The notes below the pieces were generated by a model, which worked only from the letters and a program-made list of their open reading frames with translations, was not told where the DNA came from and searched no databases. From positions 31,319 through 95,318 of the forward strand of contig JAJSZT010000007.1 in the NCBI GenBank assembly GCA_030272815.1: DNA of 64,000 bases, given 5' to 3'. The translations under genes and the position numbers were made by a program. Every line of letters starts with the position of its first letter. The first letter of the stretch is position 1. This DNA is from Deltaproteobacteria bacterium (GTDB lineage Bacteria; Desulfobacterota; Desulfobacteria; Desulfobacterales; ETH-SRB1). Below are positions 56,206-64,000 of the stretch, one piece after another.

Positions 56206-57078
56206 TTAAACACCCCTTATCCCCCAACTTTCAACTAATTTTTTAGCTCGCTCGGGCACACCCCATGAGCCTTCAATCTGTCCATTATTTTCAGCAGCCT
56301 TTGTAATTCTTTTAGAATAGATAGGACTCCAAGCGTCTAGTTCCTCCAGTAGTCTCATGTTGTCCTTTGCATTTTGAAAGCTATCTGACGATTCAAATCG
56401 AGCGACAAGAACCTCCGCCATTCTTCTTTGAGTTTGTTTATGTTGGCGAAGCACATCGAATATTTCCTTTGCTATATTTTCAACTGTTTTTCCATTTCCG
56501 TTGAATGCTTGAAAACGGCCAATAAAGCCATACGGGTCTTGATCAAATCTGATCGAAAATACAGGCAAACCACGACCCATTGCGAAACCAACTTCTTGAT
56601 CGGTCCAATTGCTTTCCTTAAAACCGTCATGCATTAGTGCTATCAGCACTTCGCAGGTAGATAATGCCGTTTCAATTTCATTTTGCCATTCAGTAGTAGG
56701 CTCAATGTCGTTATGAGCAACAAACGCTGTCAAACAATAACGCTTCATCGCTTCTTGTAATTCTGCTGCAAATTCACGATGGACAGCGAGATGGGCAAGA
56801 AAGACACGAACATAGCCATCTTTCCAAAATGGCGGGTCTATTCCTGGTTCAGGAGTGCTGACTTCGAAACCGATATGATGAGCTAACGCTATTAGAGCAT
56901 CATCAGACGCTTTTGTAGCCATCTCGATAACATATGCGTCCTTTTCACCCGACCAAGTATCGGTTGTCGGCAGGCCGAACTGGCTCAAAGTAAGGTCTAT
57001 TAATGGCCATTCTTCGCCGGACAGTCTACGACCGGCTTCCGCTATAATCTTGATTCTTTCAGATGGATTTAACGACAT
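56206..57078 (-). CDS. TIR-like domain protein
   Basis: The central region VFLAHLAVHREFAAELQEAM...AFVAHNDIEPTTEW...LIALMHDGFKESNWTDQEVGFAMG matches the bacterial TIR/TIR_2 pattern, including a candidate catalytic Glu. Confidence 0.65.
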   Translation of the reverse strand: MSLNPSERIKIIAEAGRRLSGEEWPLIDLTLSQFGLPTTDTWSGEKDAYVIEMATKASDDALIALAHHIGFEVSTPEPGIDPPFWKDGYVRVFLAHLAVHREFAAELQEAMKRYCLTAFVAHNDIEPTTEWQNEIETALSTCEVLIALMHDGFKESNWTDQEVGFAMGRGLPVFSIRFDQDPYGFIGRFQAFNGNGKTVENIAKEIFDVLRQHKQTQRRMAEVLVARFESSDSFQNAKDNMRLLEELDAWSPIYSKRITKAAENNGQIEGSWGVPERAKKLVESWGIRGV

Positions 57079-57105
57079 AGTATTTTAGGGTGTGCATGTT
57101 AGGTT

Positions 57106-57990
57106 TTATGATCTCTTTCTGATAGTATCAATGCCTAAGTATTTTGGAACTGAACTTTCTACCGACTTTGTAGAGGAAGATTTTTCGCTGTTGCACTCAG
57201 GGCATGTAAGTTGAAGGTTCATTAAGTCGTTTGTGCCACCTTGCGCCAAGGAAACTATATGATCAATGTTTTGCTGCCCTGATTCCAAAATAATACTTTT
57301 CTCACAAATTGCACAATTCCCACGGTCTCTTGCCTGAATGGCTCGCTCTACCCATTTTGGCCATTTTTCGCGTTTAATCCACTGCGCCGGTTTTTCATCT
57401 GTATGATTAGTGCCATACGTTCCCCAACCATATCTAGAAAATTGCAATTGCCTTGATATATATTCACACATTTCTCTATCATGAAAAACGCGTTCAGCGA
57501 ATCTACTAGCGTATTCATACTTTAAATCAGCCAAACTAGATGAATTCTTTTCCAATAAGTACATCCACGCCTTTTTAAGATTACCGTTATATTCTATAGT
57601 TCCTATTTTGGTGTTACCGGTCCGGTCGTACTCCTCCAGCAACTCTTCAATATACCTATCAAGTCGAATTCCGAGATTTTTTGTTTCTAATTCGTGGTAA
57701 CTCAAAAAATCAATTAACTCGACCAAACCACTATATAAATATAAATAAAGTTCATCGCTTCTTTCCGCCCCATAACCAATAACATTGTGAGGTCTAAGGT
57801 ATTCATTATAAACTTCTGTTCCTAAATAGTACAAAAAACCCTCTCTAATGGTCTTATGAAAGACCGATTTATTTGATTTTGCTGCTTCCTCCGCAATAAA
57901 ATAAAAATGTCCTTCCATCCAGCTTTCATCAAGCAAGTTACTTATACCATTAGCACTAATTCTAAGTATAGCTGGGGTAAATAACCTCAT
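57106..57990 (-). CDS. HNH endonuclease domain protein with an N-terminal domain of unknown function
   Basis: C-terminal RDRGNCAICEKS...IDHIVSLAQGGTNDLMNLQLTCPECNSEK. The stop is 27 nt upstream of the TIR gene start. Confidence 0.7.
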   Translation of the reverse strand: MRLFTPAILRISANGISNLLDESWMEGHFYFIAEEAAKSNKSVFHKTIREGFLYYLGTEVYNEYLRPHNVIGYGAERSDELYLYLYSGLVELIDFLSYHELETKNLGIRLDRYIEELLEEYDRTGNTKIGTIEYNGNLKKAWMYLLEKNSSSLADLKYEYASRFAERVFHDREMCEYISRQLQFSRYGWGTYGTNHTDEKPAQWIKREKWPKWVERAIQARDRGNCAICEKSIILESGQQNIDHIVSLAQGGTNDLMNLQLTCPECNSEKSSSTKSVESSVPKYLGIDTIRKRS

Positions 57991-58162
57991 CTAAATCCAA
58001 TCCTATTAGGAATATTGATCGTTGCTATACCACCTAAAGCTCACCAGCACCAGAAGCCAATGAGGACTTGGCAAAGCTAAAGTTTTACTCTGAAACAGCA
58101 AAAGTGAAAAACGCCCCGGCTTCTGGTGCCAGGTGCAGTGAGTGGTTTGGTTATGCACCGAG

Positions 58163-58966
58163 TCAAAACGGTATATCATTTAAGTTCCAAGCTTCAGTTT
58201 CTATTTTTTTAGTTTTCTTTTCTAATTCTTGGATAAATCGTATAGAACTCGTTATGTGATCAAAAATAAGCAACGCTTCGGAATATTTAAGAATTTTGTT
58301 GTCATGAGCAAAGCTATGCTTATTCCTTACATGATTAAAGGCTTTCATATTAGAAATACTTGACTTTAATATTCTTTCAGTCATTTCTGATTCTATTAGC
58401 CCTTTATCTCTAACTTTTTTTATATATTCGCCTACAAGACCATGAAGTGGTTTCCTTTGATCTATGCAAATTTCGTGTTTTTCACACAACACTCGGAAAT
58501 ACTTAACTATAAAGGTATGCAACCTATCTAAACCAACTTCTGGCTCATTTCTATCAATGGAATCACGGACTGCTTTTGCAAGTGTCTCAAAATCTTTATC
58601 GTCAGAGTTTGGAACTACTGCATCAATGTTAGGAACTGGAGCACTTAACATTAATCGCTGGACAATCTTAATATATTCATCTGGCGGTGATTCTGGATCG
58701 CCATGATCTTTGAATTCATCCCATTCATCAGCAATATCAGATAGTAGCTTACCTACTGTATGGTTTGATTCCAAATCCCAAAATGCTCTCATACGATTAG
58801 CTTTGGAACCACTATTCCAGTCATATTTATCATCGTAAATTTCCTTGCCGCTACTTTCCAAAACTGTTTCTTCAAATGTTCTATTGGAATAACCTAATAC
58901 ATACCCACTACCCATTCCCAAGACTTGTTCCAGTATTCTTTTTTCTTTTTTTGTCAGATTAGACAA
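58163..58966 (-). CDS. Abi_C (abortive infection C-terminus, AbiJ-like) domain protein
   Basis: The C-terminal ...MKAFNHVRNKHSFAHDNKILKYSEALLIFDHITSSIRFI matches the Abi_C RN..xxAH motif. Confidence 0.6.
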   Translation of the reverse strand: MSNLTKKEKRILEQVLGMGSGYVLGYSNRTFEETVLESSGKEIYDDKYDWNSGSKANRMRAFWDLESNHTVGKLLSDIADEWDEFKDHGDPESPPDEYIKIVQRLMLSAPVPNIDAVVPNSDDKDFETLAKAVRDSIDRNEPEVGLDRLHTFIVKYFRVLCEKHEICIDQRKPLHGLVGEYIKKVRDKGLIESEMTERILKSSISNMKAFNHVRNKHSFAHDNKILKYSEALLIFDHITSSIRFIQELEKKTKKIETEAWNLNDIPF

Positions 58967-59062
58967 TTAATTCTCCAAATTTAGGTTTATAATACAAAGT
59001 TAGGACGCGGGAAACGCGTCAGCGATTTCCCGTCGATACTCAAACGATTCGTTAGAGCATTA

Positions 59063-60073
59063 TTATAAATACATTTTATGATACTCTTCTGCTTTCTTTG
59101 AATTGGTCCTAAATGTAAGTGGGCCGGACGAAGAACCCCGGCCTGAGAAAGCGGAAATGTATCCAGTTAAGTCGAGGTTAAAAAAGTCAAAGCGAGGGAA
59201 ACTAAACATTTTTCTATATCTTTTTTCGACTGACCCATCAGGATCTAAGCAAATCACGTCAATTTTTTGTAAATTCTTTGATTCAACAAGTGCGGTACTC
59301 AATAAATGCTTTATATAAATATCTATCTGTGGAAATGAATAACCTAAAATCCTTATCTCGTTTGCCTCACTTAGCCAAAGGGCAGATTTCCTCCAAGCAT
59401 TATTTATTCCTGAATTTATGCTTTTGTTCCATGTTGGCGGAACTATTGAACCGTCAACACTACCATGTAATTTTGCTAATGGGATGGAAAAAGAAGATCC
59501 AAAATGTTTGTTTATGAATGCTAATGAATTTTCAATTATGTTGTCATAATTCAAGGTGACTATCTTGTACTCAGTATCTGTGGGTTGTTCCTTTTCAGCC
59601 ACAAAATCACTATACTGATAAGTCTCTTTATTCTCATCTTTTTTTCCAACAAATACCAAATTAAGTAGCGAAGCAATGAAGCTAACATACTGCCTCGTAA
59701 CCTGATTTGAGCCCAATAAAATTTCGAATGAGTTCCGAGATGTGTAAAAGCCAGCATCGTGTGGTAAAAATTCTGGTGAATAGAATAAAATTACATCTTT
59801 TATGAATTGCTGAAGGTCCTTTCTTAAACCTTTGCCCAGTAATTCATGGGTATCGGCTATGCTGAATACCTCTTCAACATTAAACAAATCGACATTTATA
59901 AAGTTTTTTGCTTTAGATAGGCTGTCTATATATTCAAAAACTACTTCGAAATATGAATACTTGTGAGGATCTGAAAAATATTGATCTCTGGATAGGAAAA
60001 GAAAATTTGATATCACGGGTAATCCGGCAGGCACTGAAAATCCTGCTCCAATAAAATAGACAACATTTTTCAT
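59063..60073 (-). CDS. SIR2-like (SIR2_2) domain protein
   Basis: VVYFIGAGFSVPAGLPV, TLNYDNIIE and KLHGSVDG are the hallmark motifs of defence-type SIR2 domains. At 336 aa there is no evident C-terminal sensor domain. Confidence 0.65.
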   Translation of the reverse strand: MKNVVYFIGAGFSVPAGLPVISNFLFLSRDQYFSDPHKYSYFEVVFEYIDSLSKAKNFINVDLFNVEEVFSIADTHELLGKGLRKDLQQFIKDVILFYSPEFLPHDAGFYTSRNSFEILLGSNQVTRQYVSFIASLLNLVFVGKKDENKETYQYSDFVAEKEQPTDTEYKIVTLNYDNIIENSLAFINKHFGSSFSIPLAKLHGSVDGSIVPPTWNKSINSGINNAWRKSALWLSEANEIRILGYSFPQIDIYIKHLLSTALVESKNLQKIDVICLDPDGSVEKRYRKMFSFPRFDFFNLDLTGYISAFSGRGSSSGPLTFRTNSKKAEEYHKMYL

Positions 60074-60315
60074 GATTCTTCCTTCAATTTACTTAAATGT
60101 TAAGCGAAATTCAATATGATCTGCGTAGAAGATTGTAAAACGTACATTCACAAGGATTATATGGGTTAAAAACCGCTCAATTAAGGGATTGCTAAAAGCT
60201 CAATGCTATTATGTTGTAATATCAGAATATTAAAGCTATTAAGGCACATTGATTTTTTAATGATTTTGCTAAAATGCAATATTTGGCAAACCATTGACCA
60301 ATAATGATTTATATC

Positions 60316-60398
60316 CAGCGGGACGCCCATGATTTTATGCGTTTCTCATTTTATTTTTGGTTTTTTTTACGGAGATCGCAGACATATATTTTTTCTGG
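60316..60398. repeat. ~83-bp inverted repeat, family E (right copy)
   Basis: See 48909-48990. The outer end reads ...TTCTGG. Confidence 0.85.
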
Positions 60399-60539
60399 GG
60401 ATTCCGGGGGACGCTGGCAGTTTGGTTAGTTTACAAACTTACCTCTTAAATTCCTATTCTTGTTATACCAGTGAAACAGATAGGCGAACCTGTCGTTTGT
60501 TCCGCAATGAATCTGCATCATCTAAGAAATGTCTTCTGA

Positions 60540-60704
60540 TCATGTCAACAAAAGTGGTTTCACCCAGGTATCATCTGCCGGAGATATAGGGCAGGCTACT
60601 GAAACAAACAGAGCTGCGAATTGATCAAGGATAGAAAAAGGCAGCTCGTTTTTTGACAAATAAATAAGTATGTTGCTGTCCAATAACGCACTATTTCCAT
60701 TCAT
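60540..60704 (-). pseudogene. vapC: Truncated PIN-domain toxin (VapC N-terminal ~45 aa only)
   Basis: MNGNSALLDSNILIYLSKNELPFSILDQFAALFVSV, then an unrelated sequence and a stop. The ATG overlaps the stop region of the upstream antitoxin. Confidence 0.6.
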
Positions 60705-60921
60705 CGCGTAATTCCTGCTGCCATTTTTTGGGATCTTTAATCTCCACAAAAGGTTTTATGCCTGGATATTTTTTAAACAGGCTTTCAAGCTTTATGCTTA
60801 TCTTGCCCGTATCTTTTAAAGGTCGGATTTTTATTTCAAGATCTTTATATAAAAAATCCTCTGGAATTTTTATACAGTGGTGGATACTTGACCCTTTTTT
60901 TATGACTGTATATTCTTGCAT
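60691..60921 (-). CDS. vapB: Small antitoxin-like protein (VapB-type partner)
   Basis: A 76-aa ORF directly upstream of, and overlapping, the PIN fragment. Confidence 0.45.
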   Translation of the reverse strand: MQEYTVIKKGSSIHHCIKIPEDFLYKDLEIKIRPLKDTGKISIKLESLFKKYPGIKPFVEIKDPKKWQQELRDEWK

Positions 60922-61242
60922 TATTCACTCCCATGCTATTTTTTGTAAGGAATTGAAATATAATAAACAGCTTTCAGCACTGAAAGCAAGAAATACAATG
61001 GAAAAATAGTGAAAGGAATGACAATGGCACCAAGGAGAACCTTAGGACGTATTCAACTTTAAAATCTGTTGGCCTTAGAATCAGCTTCACTGCTCGGTTT
61101 TGTTTGACCAGATCAACTATCCCGTATCGTTTGATTCCTTTTTTAGGGAAGAGGGTCAAAACATATTTGCCAAAGGGCTCTGGCGGAACAGGAAAAAGAA
61201 CAACCCATTTCATCAAAAATAAAAGTTAATTTTATTCTTGAC

Positions 61243-61257
61243 TTAGAATTATTCTAA
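61243..61257. promoter_or_regulatory. Perfect 7-1-7 Fur-family (PerR-type) box overlapping a putative perR promoter
   Basis: TTAGAAT-T-ATTCTAA lies between TTGACT (-35-like) and TAGATT (-10-like), 19 nt upstream of the perR ATG. Confidence 0.6.
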
Positions 61258-61275
61258 TGTTAGATTAAATATATT

Positions 61276-61695
61276 ATGAACTTAAAAGAAAAATTAGCCG
61301 GACTTAATGAAAAAGGATGTACATTAACAATACAACGCCATGCGGTTCTGGAATACCTGTATTTGAATCGCACCCATCCAACGGTGGAGAAAATCTACCA
61401 TAGTTTAAAGAAAAAATTTTCTACAATTTCAAAGGCTACGGTTTATAACACTTTAGAACTTTTAAAGAATTATGGTCTTATTCAAGAAATAACGATTGAA
61501 AAGGGAAAGTTACATTTTGACTACGAGGTCAAGCCTCATCATCACTTCTTCTGTCGCAGATGCAATCACGTCTATGATGTTGATGTGGTGGGATGTCCGC
61601 TTGCAGGAAAGAAAATGATAGATGGGCACAGAATTGAGGAGCTAAGACCGTATATCATTGGCACCTGCTCGAAGTGTTTGAAAAAAAGGGGATAA
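61276..61695 (+). CDS. perR: Fur-family transcriptional regulator (PerR-like)
   Basis: Winged helix (ISKATVYNTLELLKNYGLI), HHHFFCRRC...GTCSKC structural zinc site, and oxidative-stress neighbours. Confidence 0.75.
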   Translation: MNLKEKLAGLNEKGCTLTIQRHAVLEYLYLNRTHPTVEKIYHSLKKKFSTISKATVYNTLELLKNYGLIQEITIEKGKLHFDYEVKPHHHFFCRRCNHVYDVDVVGCPLAGKKMIDGHRIEELRPYIIGTCSKCLKKRG

Positions 61696-61732
61696 TGTCC
61701 TGATGATCAGGTATGTCCCATCTATGGTGTGA

Positions 61733-61891
61733 CCTAAGTTGAGCGATTTTTTGCGAAGAAATGTGCCAAGATCTTGATGCAGCAAGATTTGCGAAAAGCG
61801 TAGGCATACCAATGGATATGTCGAGACTTTTCGCAAGTCCTTGATGCGCAAGAGATTGGTGCAGATCGAGTAAAAAATCGCTCAATTTAGG
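61733..61891. repeat. 159-bp MITE-like repeat, family D (copy between perR and the cytochrome gene)
   Basis: Same orientation and near-identical sequence to 26187-26345. Confidence 0.85.
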
Positions 61892-61944
61892 TGCAAGTAA
61901 GGATGATTTTGAAATAATGGATTGATAAGAAAAGGAGGTCATGT

Positions 61945-63210
61945 ATGAAGAAATTCTTTGTCTTTTTTTTCGCTTCCCTGATGACGCTGCTATTTATGGC
62001 AGGCATTGCTTCGGCAGAAGATGGAAAAGTCTGTATTGGGTGCCACAAGGCAGTAACACCACTGCTGGTTAAGGATTGGCAGAGTAGTAAACATAGTGAT
62101 AATGACGTTGCCTGTAATATCTGTCATGGATCCGAGCACAAGAGTAGAAAAACATCCCACTTAGCCAGGATGCCTGACGAAAACACCTGTGCGGAGTGTC
62201 ATGAGGAACAGTTTAATCAATTCACTAAAGGAAAACACAATCATGGCTGGACTTCTTTAAATGCCCTGCCGATTACACACATGGAGCCTGATGAACTGAT
62301 GGAAGGCGGTAAAGGCTGCGGCGGATGCCATAATATGGGGGTAAAGTCCGAGACCCAGAAAAAGGAATTGGGTGAAAAAGGCTATACCTACCGGACAAAT
62401 TCCTGCGATGAATGTCATACGCGGCATACATTCTCTAAAAAAGAGGCGCAGGATCCCAAAGCATGCCGGACATGCCATATGGGGTTTGACCATCCTCAGT
62501 GGGAGATGTATGAAAGCTCCAAACACGGAGTCAGATACCAACTAAAGGAAATGGGAAGACTACCCAAAGACGCGGCCGCCCCTACCTGCCAGTTCTGTCA
62601 TTTACCTGACGGAACCCATACCAACAAAGTGACCTGGGGTTTTTTGGGGGTAAGGCTTCCCCTGCCAAACGATAAACAATGGGCAAAAGACCAGACCACA
62701 ATTCTTAAAGCGCTTGGGGTATTAGATCCGGAGGGAAAACCCACTGCCCGGCTGGATATCGTTAAAGCCGCTGATCTGGCGCGGCTGACCGAAGAGGACT
62801 GGCAGGCAGAGCGGAACAAGATGATAAAGACCTGCAAAAAGTGCCATTCTGAAAAATATGCCAGGGGAGAGCTTGAAAAAGGCGATCAGATGATCAAAAA
62901 AGCGGATCGCTTAATAGCAAAAGCCATAAACATTGTAGCTGACCTATACAAAGACGGCATTTTGAAGAAACCAGCACATTACACTTACGCCTATCCCGAC
63001 TTTTTACACTTTTACCAAACCGGGGGTTCCTACATCGAACAGGTACTATTCAAGATGTACATGAAACACAGAATGAGGACATATCAGGGGGTTTTTCATG
63101 CTAATCCTGATTATACCTACTGGTATGGATGGGCGCCCATGACCAAAGATCTGGATGAAGTCAGGAAAATTGCCGAAAACTTGAGATTTAAGACCAGGGT
63201 CAAACAATAA
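61945..63210 (+). CDS. Octaheme c-type cytochrome (HAO/multiheme family-like)
   Basis: Signal peptide plus eight CxxCH motifs (CIGCH, CNICH, CAECH, CGGCH, CDECH, CRTCH, CQFCH, CKKCH). Confidence 0.8.
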   Translation: MKKFFVFFFASLMTLLFMAGIASAEDGKVCIGCHKAVTPLLVKDWQSSKHSDNDVACNICHGSEHKSRKTSHLARMPDENTCAECHEEQFNQFTKGKHNHGWTSLNALPITHMEPDELMEGGKGCGGCHNMGVKSETQKKELGEKGYTYRTNSCDECHTRHTFSKKEAQDPKACRTCHMGFDHPQWEMYESSKHGVRYQLKEMGRLPKDAAAPTCQFCHLPDGTHTNKVTWGFLGVRLPLPNDKQWAKDQTTILKALGVLDPEGKPTARLDIVKAADLARLTEEDWQAERNKMIKTCKKCHSEKYARGELEKGDQMIKKADRLIAKAINIVADLYKDGILKKPAHYTYAYPDFLHFYQTGGSYIEQVLFKMYMKHRMRTYQGVFHANPDYTYWYGWAPMTKDLDEVRKIAENLRFKTRVKQ

Positions 63211-63325
63211 AGGAGGCAACGTTATGGGTGAAGAGATAGACGTGGGATGCGCAAGACCCATTGGGGGCCCTGTGGAATCTTCTTTAGATGAAAACAAGCA
63301 AACAAAAGAAAAGGAGGTAATAAAA

Positions 63326-63928
63326 ATGAGCGTACAAGTGGGAAAAAAGGCGCCGGATTTTCAAGCCCCAGCGTTTCACGAGGGAAAAATTAAACAGATC
63401 AAACTTTCCGACTATTTGGGTAAATGGGTATTGCTCTGTTTCTACCCCGGGGATTTTACCTTTGTTTGACCTACAGAGTTGACGGCAGTTGCCGCCAATT
63501 ATGAAGAACTTAAAAAATTAGGAGTTGAAGTCTTCTCAATGAGCGTGGACAGTGTTTTCAGTCATAAAATCTGGCAGGAAGAAGAGCTATCCAAAATGAT
63601 AGAGGGTGGTGTTCCCTACCCGATGCTTTCCGACGCAGGGGGCAAGGTGGGAAAACTCTATGGAGTTTATGACGAGGATGCAGGAGTAAATATTAGAGGC
63701 CGTTTCATTATCGATCCCGATGGGATTATCCAGGCCATGGAGGTTCTATCTCCTCCGGTGGGAAGGAATGTTGCGGAACTAATACGTCAAATTCAGGCGT
63801 ATCAGCATGTTCGTGAAACAGGAGAGGTTATGCCATCCGGATGGCAGCCAGGAAAGCCGACTCTTAAACCTGGGCCGGATCTGGCGGGCAAGGTATGGAA
63901 GGTATGGAAATCTGAAAAGATCTCTTGA
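63326..63928 (+). CDS. Selenocysteine-containing peroxiredoxin (AhpC/Prx1 type, in-frame UGA at 63467-63469)
   Basis: RBS AAGGAGG. ORFs 63224-63469 and 63479-63928 share one frame and read ...[17 protein letters not shown]..., so the UGA replaces the peroxidatic Cys of FTFVCPTE. The resolving Cys motif EVCP reads EVMP. Confidence 0.8.
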
Positions 63929-63955
63929 TAAACCTCTATAAAAAAGGTGTTTGAA

Positions 63956-64000
63956 ATGGGCATTCTAAAACAATTAAAACCGAATATCCATTCGGTTGGA
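63956..64000 (+). CDS. Start of the next gene (possibly flavodiiron-type), truncated by the window end
   Basis: MGILKQLKPNIHSVG... Only 15 codons are visible, so the family guess is weak. Confidence 0.25.
   Translation, partial: MGILKQLKPNIHSVG

Noticed and set aside
60974-61216. 80-aa minus-strand ORF next to the perR promoter
   Set aside because: There is no recognisable domain, the C-terminal half is low-complexity and hydrophobic, and it may be a gene fragment. I left it unannotated.
1-64000. Search for tRNA, rRNA, tmRNA, RNase P and SRP signatures, and for integration next to a tRNA
   Set aside because: I found no GGTTCGAATCC-type T-arm, no 16S/23S universal motifs and no RNase P GGAAAGUCCGGGC-type box by eye. 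An automated scan (tRNAscan-SE or Infernal) would be needed to be sure.

Overview
The window looks like an AT-rich chromosome of a sulfate-reducer-like deltaproteobacterium. That taxonomic guess is inferred from the gene content: selenoproteins, rubredoxin/ferredoxin, an octaheme cytochrome c, an AhbA/B-like protein and a B12-radical SAM enzyme. The core blocks are two porins, mutL, gatCA, a SPOR protein and argS at 0-9 kb. From 18.5-45.5 kb they include recQ, an ABC-F ATPase, a hybrid histidine kinase, thiamine pyrophosphokinase, pepA, an MTA/5'-deoxyadenosine salvage cluster, LOG, SLT, rubredoxin, TPM/LemA and others. From 61-64 kb there is a perR, octaheme cytochrome and Sec-peroxiredoxin stress cluster. 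Two accessory regions interrupt the core. (1) At 9.3-18.5 kb there is a visibly GC-richer five-gene operon ending in three tandem tyrosine recombinases (RIT-type element), SEC-C motif proteins, and a 3-kb module bracketed by ~126-bp structured direct repeats. That module contains an ORF-less group II intron-like RNA. (2) At 45.6-61 kb there is a TA/defence island with hipBA, a truncated DUF4143 ATPase and brnTA. It also holds an 11.5-kb block bounded by ~83-bp inverted repeats. This block carries a Type III R-M operon with an embedded ImmA/IrrE + DUF4411 pair, followed by TIR, HNH, Abi_C and SIR2 genes. The intergenic space is rich in several families of 100-180 bp palindromic MITE-like repeats, some of which supply the stop codons of adjacent genes. 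Two in-frame UGA selenoprotein genes (a peroxiredoxin and a glutaredoxin-like protein) were split or missed by the ORF track. I saw no rRNA, tRNA or CRISPR array. All GC statements are eye estimates, and all family assignments come from motif recognition rather than database searches.
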